From assembly GCA_963806185.1 (NCBI GenBank), contig CAWDXE010000004.1, positions 128,001 to 192,000 on the forward strand: DNA of 64,000 nt. The letters run 5' to 3'. Position 1 is the first letter of the stretch, and each line of letters starts with the position of its first letter. Below the pieces are notes generated by a model. It searched no databases, was not told the DNA's origin, and was given only the letters and a program-made list of their open reading frames with translations. Below are positions 19,345 through 28,607 of the stretch, one piece after another. Source of the stretch: an uncultured candidate division Zixibacteria bacterium (lineage in GTDB: Bacteria; Zixibacteria; MSB-5A5; GN15; FEB-12). The translations under genes and the position numbers were made by a program.

Positions 19345-19865
19345 CTGGCGGACCGCGCCTATTGACCCGTATTGCTCTGTTTTCGGCGCTCATTTTCGTC
19401 TTGTCGTGGGGCACGGCTTACCTGCCCAATGTCAAATTCACTTTCTTCATAGTCTTTTGTGCCGGCTTCCTCTGGGGAGCCGGTCCCGGTCTCATGGTCG
19501 GCGCCATCGGTACCGGCCTCTGGACCTGGCTCAACGCCTATGGTCCGGCGCCGCTCCCGATCATGCTCGCCCAGATCATTGGGAGCGCCGCCTGCGGCCC
19601 GGTCGGCGCCCTCTTCCGACGGTTCAATCTGTTTACCCGTGGCAAATCGACTGTTGCCCTCGCAATGATCCTCGCCGCTTTGCTCTGTTCGCTCTGTTTC
19701 TATATCCCGGTGAATGTTGTTGATGCCTGGCTTTTCCAGCCCTTCTGGCCACGCTTTGTCGCCGGCTCAATCTGGATGCTCGTCTCTCTGGCCGCCAACA
19801 TGCTGATTTTCCCATTGCTTTTCCCCGCCCTCAGGCTGTTACATGCGAGGGAAGAGGCAGCATGA
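19341..19865 (+). CDS. ECF transporter S component (CbrT-like)
   Basis: 174-aa multi-TM protein; ALFSAL and LPNVK motifs. Confidence 0.65.
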   Translation: MTGGPRLLTRIALFSALIFVLSWGTAYLPNVKFTFFIVFCAGFLWGAGPGLMVGAIGTGLWTWLNAYGPAPLPIMLAQIIGSAACGPVGALFRRFNLFTRGKSTVALAMILAALLCSLCFYIPVNVVDAWLFQPFWPRFVAGSIWMLVSLAANMLIFPLLFPALRLLHAREEAA

Positions 19866-21886
19866 AAAGTCGTTCCGCTAGTTGGTTTGTCGGTTTCAGC
19901 TTGTGGTGTATTTCCATCCCGGTCGTCGCACAGGACCAACCCGGCAACCGCGTTCCCGCCACGACGCCTCCCGATACGACTGCCATTGCTGATACCTCTC
20001 GTCCCGCCCTCGACACCACCCTGCAAAAATATCTCCCGCCCAGGGAACGCAACGAACCATCCACGAAGAAAGAAGTGGAGCGCAAACCCGCGTTGCCCCA
20101 CCTTTCGATTATCGATTCTGTACTCACCTCGTACATCAGCGATCGATTAAACGAACGCCGCTTCATCGATCAATCGTCCTATCACGATGCCGGCGACTAC
20201 GCACGCCACGATCCGGCCTTCTTTGCCCAGCAGTACTACGAAACCCCGGTCCGGTCGACCGTCGCACCATTTGGCCTAGCGGGCAATCGGCTCGATATTA
20301 TCCGCGACCATAGCCGCGTCGAACCGTTCGATCACGTCATCGAACCCGACGGCATGGTTGACATGAACGACCTCCCAACGGCCACCGATGATGCCGTCCT
20401 CCTGATCCCTGGCCCCGCCGGACAGCTTTTCGGCAGCGATCAGGCGATTGCCTCAATGATTACCCGAGCCGTCCGCCCCGATTCCTCCCCGGCGATCAGT
20501 GCTTTCCTGGTCGACAAAGGCGCTTACGGTTTCTCTCACGCCCGCGCTCGCTATGCCAAACGCTTCACCACCGGCAAGGACCTCGCGCTTTCGCTTGACT
20601 ACCGACTCGCCGACGGCGGCAGTGGCAACTTCGTCGATAACACCTACCACTACACCGTCGACTTCCTCTTCCCGATAGGCGAAAACTGCGGCGTCTCCGC
20701 CGACGGGTGGATCTACGACCGCGGCGGACGATATCCTCTTCGACCCGATACGAGATTTCTCTCGGTCGAACGCAACCGCATCGATCGCCACCTGAACCTC
20801 GGCTTCTTCCGCCAGAACACCGATCACAGCCGGCTCGATCAAATCACCTATCGTCACCTGCGTCAGGGCGTCTTCATAGGCAACGACAATGCAACCAACT
20901 ACAAATCCCGCTTCAATCTCACCGGCCACGGCTTCACCGCTCAGCGCGATCTCGTCCTGCCGACGGCGTTTGTGCACATCACCGCCTACGGCGATTACCT
21001 GCGCTACGACCACGGCACCGCCGAGTTCACTCGCGTCAGCGGCGGCGCCTCGCTCGATTTTGCGCAGCGGAAAGTCTCCGGTTGGCGCTACGGCGCTCAC
21101 GCCAAATTGGATTACACCGAGTCGTTTCGCCCCAATCTCGACGCCGCAGCCCTGCTGTTGTCCGATTCTCCGACCCGCCTCTATCAGCTATCCGTCGGCC
21201 TCGCTGAAAAGGTCCCGTCCCTTCACGAACTCTACAGCCCCCTGCGCGTCTCCAACTTCTACGGCAACCCTGCCGACTACACCGAACACGGCAACCCCGA
21301 CCTTAAGCTCGAACATCAGCTCGTTGCCTCCGCTCAGGCGGAGTTCGGCCCGCTTTCGCGTCGCATCGGTCTAACCCTCACCGGCGGTCGTCTCTTCGAC
21401 GCCATCGACTGGCTCCCGGATAAAACCACCGATGCCGGCATCGACCGCTATAACTTCTCACCAATCAACCATGATCTTTCCTTCGCCGATGCCACTCTCC
21501 GTGGCGAATGGCAGTGGCGCACCACCCTTCAGCTTCACGGCGGCGCCAGTGGCCGCTATCAACATTACTCCGACCGTTCCGACTGGCCCTACACTCCCAA
21601 CTATCAGCTCTTCGGCGGCGGCGAACTGCACTACTACTGGGCGCAGAAACTCATGCACTTCTATGCCTACGGCGAGGTCGTCTATGTTGGCGCCTATTCC
21701 ACCTATTCGGGAGACGAACTGGCCGCCACGCCGGTCTTCAACAGCAAATTATCCTTCACCATGGGCAATTTCCGTTTCAATCTCACTTACCTGAATACTC
21801 TGGCCAACGCGTACGAATCACGCGAGGACCTTACTTCCATCGGCCGCCTCGTCACCTGGGGCTTCATCTGGAACTTCTTCGACTGA
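19862..21886 (+). CDS. Outer-membrane beta-barrel protein (TonB-dependent receptor / putative porin-like)
   Basis: Signal peptide; alternating beta-strand pattern; PSLHELY...GNPDLKLE; C-terminal WGFIWNFFD. Confidence 0.7.
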   Translation: MKSRSASWFVGFSLWCISIPVVAQDQPGNRVPATTPPDTTAIADTSRPALDTTLQKYLPPRERNEPSTKKEVERKPALPHLSIIDSVLTSYISDRLNERRFIDQSSYHDAGDYARHDPAFFAQQYYETPVRSTVAPFGLAGNRLDIIRDHSRVEPFDHVIEPDGMVDMNDLPTATDDAVLLIPGPAGQLFGSDQAIASMITRAVRPDSSPAISAFLVDKGAYGFSHARARYAKRFTTGKDLALSLDYRLADGGSGNFVDNTYHYTVDFLFPIGENCGVSADGWIYDRGGRYPLRPDTRFLSVERNRIDRHLNLGFFRQNTDHSRLDQITYRHLRQGVFIGNDNATNYKSRFNLTGHGFTAQRDLVLPTAFVHITAYGDYLRYDHGTAEFTRVSGGASLDFAQRKVSGWRYGAHAKLDYTESFRPNLDAAALLLSDSPTRLYQLSVGLAEKVPSLHELYSPLRVSNFYGNPADYTEHGNPDLKLEHQLVASAQAEFGPLSRRIGLTLTGGRLFDAIDWLPDKTTDAGIDRYNFSPINHDLSFADATLRGEWQWRTTLQLHGGASGRYQHYSDRSDWPYTPNYQLFGGGELHYYWAQKLMHFYAYGEVVYVGAYSTYSGDELAATPVFNSKLSFTMGNFRFNLTYLNTLANAYESREDLTSIGRLVTWGFIWNFFD

Positions 21887-21943
21887 CCACTACCCCTTCG
21901 CCCATCTTGACAGGCCTCACCAATGGCGGCATATTCCGTCATC

Positions 21944-22501
21944 ATGCCACTCGAACTCACACGCGAAACCGCCTATCAACTCGTCGTCGACAAAATCGGC
22001 GTCAACAATTTGCTGAAACACATCCTGGCCGTCGAGGCCGGCATGCGCCGACTGGCCGAGCACTTTGGTGAGGACCCTGAATACTGGGGGCTGATTGGCC
22101 TCGTGCACGATCTCGATTACAACGAAACCAAGAACAACGCTCCTCGCCACACCTACGTTACCGAGGAATGGCTGACCGACTATCACCTGCCCGCCGACTT
22201 CCACTACGCCATTCACGCACATCCGGGTCACGTCCCTTGCCGCTCGCGCCTCGATTGGGCCTTGTATGCCGTTGATCCCTCCACCGGCTTTCTGGTCGCC
22301 TGCGCCCTCATGCACCCGTCGAAAAAACTCGCCCCCATCGACGCCGACTTCATGCTCCGCCGCTTCGCCGAAAAACGTTTTGCCGCCGGCGCCACTCGCG
22401 AAAACATCGCCGCCTGCAGCAACCTGGGTCTGGAACTCGATCAGTTCCTTTTACTCGTAAAAGAGGGGATGCTTCGCATCTCCGATAAACTGGGTATCTG
22501 A
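21944..22501 (+). CDS. HD (HDIG-type) domain hydrolase
   Basis: KHILAVEA, GLVHDLD, IHAH and FAAGATRE motifs. Confidence 0.85.
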   Translation: MPLELTRETAYQLVVDKIGVNNLLKHILAVEAGMRRLAEHFGEDPEYWGLIGLVHDLDYNETKNNAPRHTYVTEEWLTDYHLPADFHYAIHAHPGHVPCRSRLDWALYAVDPSTGFLVACALMHPSKKLAPIDADFMLRRFAEKRFAAGATRENIAACSNLGLELDQFLLLVKEGMLRISDKLGI

Positions 22502-22505
22502 GCCC

Positions 22506-23834
22506 GTGGCTAATTCCCGAAAGTCCGTCTTCCGCCGCGATGTCATCGCCTGGTCGATGTATGATTTCGCCAATACCATCTATTCGATGAACGTCGTCTC
22601 GCTCTATTTGAAACGACTGATCGTCGAAGATCAAAAGTACGATGACCGCTACTTTGACATCCCCTTCGCCGTCTCCATGCTGTTTGCCGCCCTCCTTATG
22701 CCCGGTCTCGGCGCCCTTTCTGATCACTCCGGCCGGAAGAAGGCGTATGTCACGATCTTCACGGTTGTCTGCTGCGCCGCCGTCGCGGCCATGGGCTTGG
22801 TGTCGCCCGGCCTGGTCGGCTTGACCATCATTCTGTTCATCACGGCCAATTTCTGTTATGAAGCGTCAATGCCTTTCTACAACTCCTTGCTCTATTCTGT
22901 CGCCGACGGCGCCGAGGCCCGCTTTGTCTCCGGTATCGGCGTTGCCCTCGGCTACGTCGGTTCTGTCGTCGGCATGATCCTCATCCTCCCGTTCGTCACC
23001 GGCTCGCTGTTCAGCCTCGATATCCCGTTTCTCGACGGAGGAGGGAAGCAGGCCGCTTTCCTGCCTACCGCCATCCTCTTCCTCCTGTTTTCCTTGCCGC
23101 TCTTTCTCGTTGTTCACGAGCTTTCGACTCGGAAACCTGGCTCGGCCTCATTGCGGACGGCGTATCGCGAGGTATGGGATTCGCTTCGTCAAACCCGAAA
23201 ATATCCCGGCGTCCTGCGCTTTCTGATCGCTGACTACTTTATTGAAGACGCCGTTGCTACCGTCATCCTGAACATTGGCCTTTATTCGTCGATCGTCTTT
23301 GGCATGGCCGACGCCGAAATCACCATCTTTCTCGTTATCTCCACGATCACTGCCGTGATCGGTTCGTTCATCATCGGGCGAATCGCCGAATTCTGGTCGC
23401 TCAAGAGCCTGATGACTATCATTGTCTTCGGCTGGGTCGCCGCGTTGGCGGTTTTTGTCCTCACTGATAATCGCACTGCCATCTGGATCCTTGGCTCCGT
23501 CGTCGGCATTCTCCTCGGCGGTCTCTGGACAACCACTCGTCCCTATCTGGCCGAACTGGTCCCGCGCGATGAACTGGGCCGCTTTTTCGGCCTTTTTGCC
23601 CTCTCCGGACGAGCCGCGGCCGTCGTCGGACCGCTTGTGTGGACGACAATCGTCTATTTATTTCGCCCGGAGCGTCCGCTTGGACGTATCTTATCCGAGT
23701 GGCTGGGACAATCGCCGGATGCCGCCGCCCGCCTGCCGTACAAGCTGGGCGTGGCTTCGCTCGCGCTTATGATGCTGGTTGGTTTGTTTATTTTGCGTAA
23801 GGTGCCGCACACTCACAAAGGACTGCATGGCTAA
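22506..23834 (+). CDS. MFS transporter (UMF1/Atg22-like)
   Basis: AWSMYDFANT, GALSD-GRKK, FYNSLL and GRFFGLFAL motifs; about 12 TM segments. Confidence 0.88.
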   Translation: MANSRKSVFRRDVIAWSMYDFANTIYSMNVVSLYLKRLIVEDQKYDDRYFDIPFAVSMLFAALLMPGLGALSDHSGRKKAYVTIFTVVCCAAVAAMGLVSPGLVGLTIILFITANFCYEASMPFYNSLLYSVADGAEARFVSGIGVALGYVGSVVGMILILPFVTGSLFSLDIPFLDGGGKQAAFLPTAILFLLFSLPLFLVVHELSTRKPGSASLRTAYREVWDSLRQTRKYPGVLRFLIADYFIEDAVATVILNIGLYSSIVFGMADAEITIFLVISTITAVIGSFIIGRIAEFWSLKSLMTIIVFGWVAALAVFVLTDNRTAIWILGSVVGILLGGLWTTTRPYLAELVPRDELGRFFGLFALSGRAAAVVGPLVWTTIVYLFRPERPLGRILSEWLGQSPDAAARLPYKLGVASLALMMLVGLFILRKVPHTHKGLHG

Positions 23835-24879
23835 ACAGGTCGGACAATGGTTCCACTATTCGGGCGCGGTGCACATGCACACCACCGAATCCGACGGCAC
23901 CAAAACACTCGAGGAAGTCATTCAGATCGGCCGCGAGGTCGGTCTCGACTTCATGATGTTCTCCGACCACATGACGCTGGCCCACCGCGAGCGCGGGGGA
24001 GAGGGTATCTACGGCGACACCCTGGCTGTCATCGGCTATGAACATAACGACGCCACCGACTGCCATCACTATCTCCTCTTTGAGTCACCCGTCGTCTATC
24101 CGAGGGATTTCACCCCCAAACAGTATGTCGCCGCCGGAGCCGCCGACAACGCCATCGGTATTATGGCTCATCCCGATGAAATCCGCGATCGCATGCCCAA
24201 CTATCCGCCCTACCCATGGCTTGACTGGGACGTCAAAGGGTTCACTGGCCTCGAATTATGGAACCAGATGTCTGAATGGATGGAGAAACTCACCCCCTAC
24301 AACAAACTGCTCATGAGCCTCTCGCCGCGCAAATCAATGATCGGTCCCACCGACCGCATCCTGAGGAAATGGGATGAACTGAATATGACCGGCCGCTGTG
24401 TTGGTATCGCCGGCGCCGATGCCCATGCCTTTCCCGTCTACCTCGGACCACTGAAAATTGAAATATTCCCCTATAAAGTGCACTTTAGAGCTTTGCGCAC
24501 GAATATCATTCTCAGTCAGCCGCTCTCCAAGGACCTCATACCCGCCAAACAACAGCTCTATTCCGCCCTCCGGGACTGCCGCGTCTACAACGCCAATATC
24601 CGCTGGGGTGAGGCCGACGATTTCCTGTTTACCGTCTCCAACGGTCAGGCGGCGGCCGTCTCCGGCGACGATATCAAACTGATCCCCGATCACACGAATC
24701 TGGCCGTCTCGCTCCCGGATACGGCCACGATCAAAGTCGTCCATGACGGTCGCTACGTTCATCAATCGGCCGGCAAAAAATTGGAGCTGGCCGTTGCGCT
24801 TCCCGGTATGTATCGTGTGGAAGCATGGAAAGGGAAACGCGGCTGGATATTCTCCAACCATATCCGCGTGAGCCAATGA
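23827..24879 (+). CDS. PHP-fold metallohydrolase (CehA/McbA-like)
   Basis: GAVHMHT-SDG, SDH, AHP, GLELWN and GADAH motifs; C-terminal WIFSNHI. Confidence 0.8.
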   Translation: MAKQVGQWFHYSGAVHMHTTESDGTKTLEEVIQIGREVGLDFMMFSDHMTLAHRERGGEGIYGDTLAVIGYEHNDATDCHHYLLFESPVVYPRDFTPKQYVAAGAADNAIGIMAHPDEIRDRMPNYPPYPWLDWDVKGFTGLELWNQMSEWMEKLTPYNKLLMSLSPRKSMIGPTDRILRKWDELNMTGRCVGIAGADAHAFPVYLGPLKIEIFPYKVHFRALRTNIILSQPLSKDLIPAKQQLYSALRDCRVYNANIRWGEADDFLFTVSNGQAAAVSGDDIKLIPDHTNLAVSLPDTATIKVVHDGRYVHQSAGKKLELAVALPGMYRVEAWKGKRGWIFSNHIRVSQ

Positions 24880-24885
24880 TCAGGC

Positions 24886-25281
24886 ATGGAAACTGTCGTT
24901 TGCGATTACACCGCCCTTTTTGACTTTCAGGCCCCGTTACCCGCTGCCCCCGTGTCGTGCAAGTTCGTCCTCCTATGGTATGAACAGAAACATTGGCTGG
25001 TGGTGGGCAAGTACGACGACTTTGCCTATCACGCCATGCTCGTCCACCGCTTCAGCAAAGAGCACGATCTGGCCGTACATTGGATCAAATTCCTCGAATT
25101 GGCTCAGCTCGAAACCAAAAACGCCACCATCCTCGGCGGCGGTTGGATGAAAATCGATCTGGCCGCCAAATCTGTCCGACTCCATGGCACGTCTACCGCT
25201 TATGGCACTGCCGACTACGCCCTCGCTTCCGCGGCCCTTTCCGCCCATCCCGATTTTGGCCGACTTACCGTTTCGTTTTAA
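24886..25281 (+). CDS. Janus/Ocnus (PHPT1-like) family protein
   Basis: Order and spacing of KFVLL, VVG, YHA, LGGG and GTSTAYG resemble PHPT1 KYVLI, VRG, YHA, LGGG and GYSMAYG. Confidence 0.6.
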   Translation: METVVCDYTALFDFQAPLPAAPVSCKFVLLWYEQKHWLVVGKYDDFAYHAMLVHRFSKEHDLAVHWIKFLELAQLETKNATILGGGWMKIDLAAKSVRLHGTSTAYGTADYALASAALSAHPDFGRLTVSF

Positions 25282-25451
25282 CACCGTCCGCTTGTGACAA
25301 GTGTAGCAAGGACTTGACGACTACGTTCCCACTCCGGGAACTCTGCCACCCGTCTAACCTGTTTGCTAATATGCCGGTAAATGTTTGTGAATTGGTAAGC
25401 TTTGACGGATGCCAACAGCCGCATAAACCCTTGAAACCGTCCAATTTGCTG

Positions 25452-25480
25452 TTGACACGACCCTGTGTGAATGGTAATGT
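25452..25480 (+). promoter_or_regulatory. Sigma70-like promoter of the nuo operon
   Basis: TTGACA-17 nt-TAATGT with an extended -10 TG. Confidence 0.65.
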
Positions 25481-25523
25481 AGACCATGTTTTTGGCCAGC
25501 CGGTTCATTTCGGGAAAATAGAC

Positions 25524-25881
25524 ATGTTCGAGACATTTTACCCTATTCTTTTCCTCGTCCTTGCTGCCACCGTCCTGGCCGTTACTTTTACGCTCATATC
25601 AGTTCTTATCGGCCGGCGCACCCGTCAGGGGAAGAAAGAACAACCCTACGAATGCGGTGTCGATCCGCAGGGTCACCACGCGCGACCCCGTACCGATAAA
25701 ATTCTTCATGGTCGCTATTTCCTTTATCCTGTTTGATATCGAAGTCATTTTCCTCCTCCCGTGGGCGGTCGTCGCCCGCGACCTCGGCATGTTCGGCTTC
25801 GTCAGCATCCTCATTTTCGCAACGGTCGTTATCGTCGGCTGGGTCTATGAACTCGGCCGTGGAGCCCTCAAGTGGGATTAG
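25524..25881 (+). CDS. nuoA: NADH-quinone oxidoreductase subunit A (one frameshift ~25670)
   Basis: PYECG in the first frame; FILFDIE-FLLPWA and GALKWD in the second. Confidence 0.9.
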
Positions 25882-26375
25882 AAGAGAAAATTCCTGATTC
25901 AATCATACTGACCACCGTCGATAAGATGGTCAACTGGGCGCACAAACGCTCCATGTGGCCGCTCGGCTTCGGCCTCGCCTGCTGTGCGATCGAGATGATC
26001 TCGACCTTTTCACCACATTTCGATCTCGCGCGCTACGGCATGGAAGTCATGCGCCCTTCGCCTCGCCAGGCTGACCTGATGATCGTCGCCGGCCGCGTCT
26101 CCATGAAAATGGCCCCGGTGGTCAAGACCCTTTACGAGCAGATGCCCAATCCGAAATGGGTCATTGCCATGGGCGCCTGCGCTTCGTGTGGCGGAGTGTT
26201 CAACAACTATGCTGTTCTGCAGGGTGTGGATCGCATCATCCCGGTTGACATTTACGTCCCCGGCTGTCCGCCTCGTCCCGAACAGCTGATGGATGGCATC
26301 CTGAAACTTCAGGAAAAACTCGAGCGCGAATCCATCAAGGACAAGCGTGCCGAATGGGGTCAGCGGATCGCATAA
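25872..26375 (+). CDS. nuoB: NADH-quinone oxidoreductase subunit B
   Basis: [21 protein letters not shown] and PGCPPRPE motifs. Confidence 0.96.
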   Translation: MGLEEKIPDSIILTTVDKMVNWAHKRSMWPLGFGLACCAIEMISTFSPHFDLARYGMEVMRPSPRQADLMIVAGRVSMKMAPVVKTLYEQMPNPKWVIAMGACASCGGVFNNYAVLQGVDRIIPVDIYVPGCPPRPEQLMDGILKLQEKLERESIKDKRAEWGQRIA

Positions 26376-26427
26376 AGGACATCGCACATCCGATCCGCCG
26401 ACCAAATGTAAATGGAGTTTGTGAATT

Positions 26428-26961
26428 TTGGCGCAAGATAATCCGGTCTCGCAACGAGTACGAGAGTTTCTCCAGGCGCGCTTCCCCGACGCCCTCGTCA
26501 GCGAGGACAACTTCCGCAACCAGCAATCGTTCACCATCAAGGCCGAACGACTGGTTGATCTCTGCCGGGCGCTACAGGAAGACGCCGACCCAAAATTCAA
26601 CTATCTCAGCGATATCACCTGCGTCGACTGGCTCGGTCATGCCGAAGAGAAGAAGGGACGCTTCGAAGTCGTCTACAACCTCTATTCGCTGTCCCATGCC
26701 TGCCGACTGCTTCTCAAAGTGCGACTCCACGCCGACTATCCCCAGTTGGACAGCCTCACGCCTCTCTGGAACGGCGCCAATTGGCTGGAACGCGAAGTCT
26801 GGGATCTCTTCGGCGTCGTCTTCGTCGGCCATCCCGACCTGACCAAGATCGTCACGGCCGACGATCTCGAAGGCCATCCGTTGCGTAAGGACTTTCCCCT
26901 TACCTACGAAACGCCCGTCTTCTCCTGGAACAAGGATGATCCGCCGGAGGTGATCAGGTAG
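26428..26961 (+). CDS. nuoC: NADH-quinone oxidoreductase subunit C
   Basis: RFEVVYNL, ANWLERE-WDLFG and GHPLRKDFP motifs. Confidence 0.95.
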   Translation: MAQDNPVSQRVREFLQARFPDALVSEDNFRNQQSFTIKAERLVDLCRALQEDADPKFNYLSDITCVDWLGHAEEKKGRFEVVYNLYSLSHACRLLLKVRLHADYPQLDSLTPLWNGANWLEREVWDLFGVVFVGHPDLTKIVTADDLEGHPLRKDFPLTYETPVFSWNKDDPPEVIR

Positions 26962-28134
26962 TGGCCGAAATCAAGACCATGCACATCAATATGGGCCCTC
27001 AGCACCCCTCCACTCACGGCGTGCTGCGTGTCGAGCTTGAACTTGAGGGCGAAACTGTCATCAAGGCCAAACCTGTCATCGGCTATCTGCATACCGGCAT
27101 CGAAAAGACGATGGAGTCCAAGCTGTACTACAAGGCGCTCCCCGCCACTGACCGAATGGACTACCTCGCGCCCATGTCGAACAATCTCGGCTACTGCCTT
27201 GCGGTCGAAAAACTACTTGATATCGATGTCCCGGAGAAAGTCAAATACGCCCGCGTCTGTCTTGCCGAGCTGACCCGTATCAATTCACATCTCGTCTGGC
27301 TCGGCACTCACGCTCTCGATATTGGTGCCATGTCGATGCTGTTATACACCTTCCGCGAACGCGAGTTGATCATCGACATCTACGAGGCCTGCGGCGGTCA
27401 GCGCATGATGACCTCCTACATCCGCATCGGCGGCCTTTCACATGAACTGCCGCCTGATTTCGACGAACGCGTGCGCAAAGTCCTTAAGGTCATTCCCCAG
27501 CGTCTGGAAGAGTACGAGACACTCCTTACCAAGAACCAGATATTCATCAGTCGCACCAAAGGCGTGGCCGTCATCTCCGCCGAGGATGCCATCAACTGGT
27601 CCCTCTCCGGTCCCATGGCCCGCGGCTCCGGTGTGAAGTACGACGTCCGCAAGGCGAATCCCTACTCCGGTTACGAGAAGTTTGATTTCAATATGGCCCT
27701 TGGCACCAACGGTGACGCCTACGATCGGTACCTCCTCCGCCTCGAGGAAATCCGTCAATCTCTGCGGATCATCCAGCAGTCGCTCGAAGGTATGCCGGAA
27801 GGTCCCTACCGCGCTCACGTGCCGGGTGTCGTTCTGCCGCCCAAGGAAGACGTCCTCCACAAGATGGAATCGCTGATCTTCCACTTTAAGATTGATCACC
27901 GAGGGCTTTCACGCCCCCACCGGCTCAGTCTATCAGGCGATCGAGTCGCCCAAGGGTGAGATTGGGTTCTTCATCACGGGCGACGGTTCCACGTATCCCC
28001 GCCGCGTCCGTGTCCGCCCGCCCTCTTTCATTAATCTCGCCGCTTTGCCCGCGCTGGTGGAGGGTCGGATGCTGGCCGACGTCATCGTGGCTATTGGTAC
28101 CATTGACATCGTTTTGGGAGAAGTTGACCGATGA
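26961..28134 (+). CDS. nuoD: NADH-quinone oxidoreductase subunit D (frameshift ~27890)
   Basis: GPQHPSTHGVLR, GYLHTG and DRMDY; second frame gives IESPKGE...DIVLGEVDR. Confidence 0.93.
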
Positions 28135-28607
28135 TTCTCACCGCTGAATCGGTGAAACAGATGAAAGATGCCGTGACCCGGTATCCGCAGAAAAAATCGG
28201 CGGTCCTCCCGGCGCTCACGATTGCCTATCGTCAGGTCGGACATCTGAACGACGACATATATAAGGAAATCTCGAACGCCATCGATGTCCCGTAGGTCGA
28301 GGTCGCCGAGGCAGCCACCTTCTACACCCTCTTCCCGAAACATCCGGTCGGCAAGTATCTCATCCAGGTCTGCCACAACATTTCGTGCGCCTTGCTCGGC
28401 GCCGATAGTCTGGTCGGGTATCTCGAACAGAAACTGCAGATCAAGAAAGGGGAGACCACCAAGGACAATCTGTTTACCTTGATTTCCGTCGAGTGCCTCG
28501 GCTCCTGCGCCACCGCGCCCATGATGCAGATCAATCAGGATTTTTACGAGAATCTGACCCGTGAAAAGGTCGACAAGATTTTGGAGGAATTGAGAGCTAA
28601 AGGCTGA
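28131..28607 (+). CDS. nuoE: NADH-quinone oxidoreductase subunit E (in-frame TAG at 28293-28295)
   Basis: Manual translation: RYPQKKSAVLPAL...DVP*VEVAEAATFY...VCHNISC...ECLGSC-APMM. Confidence 0.9.
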
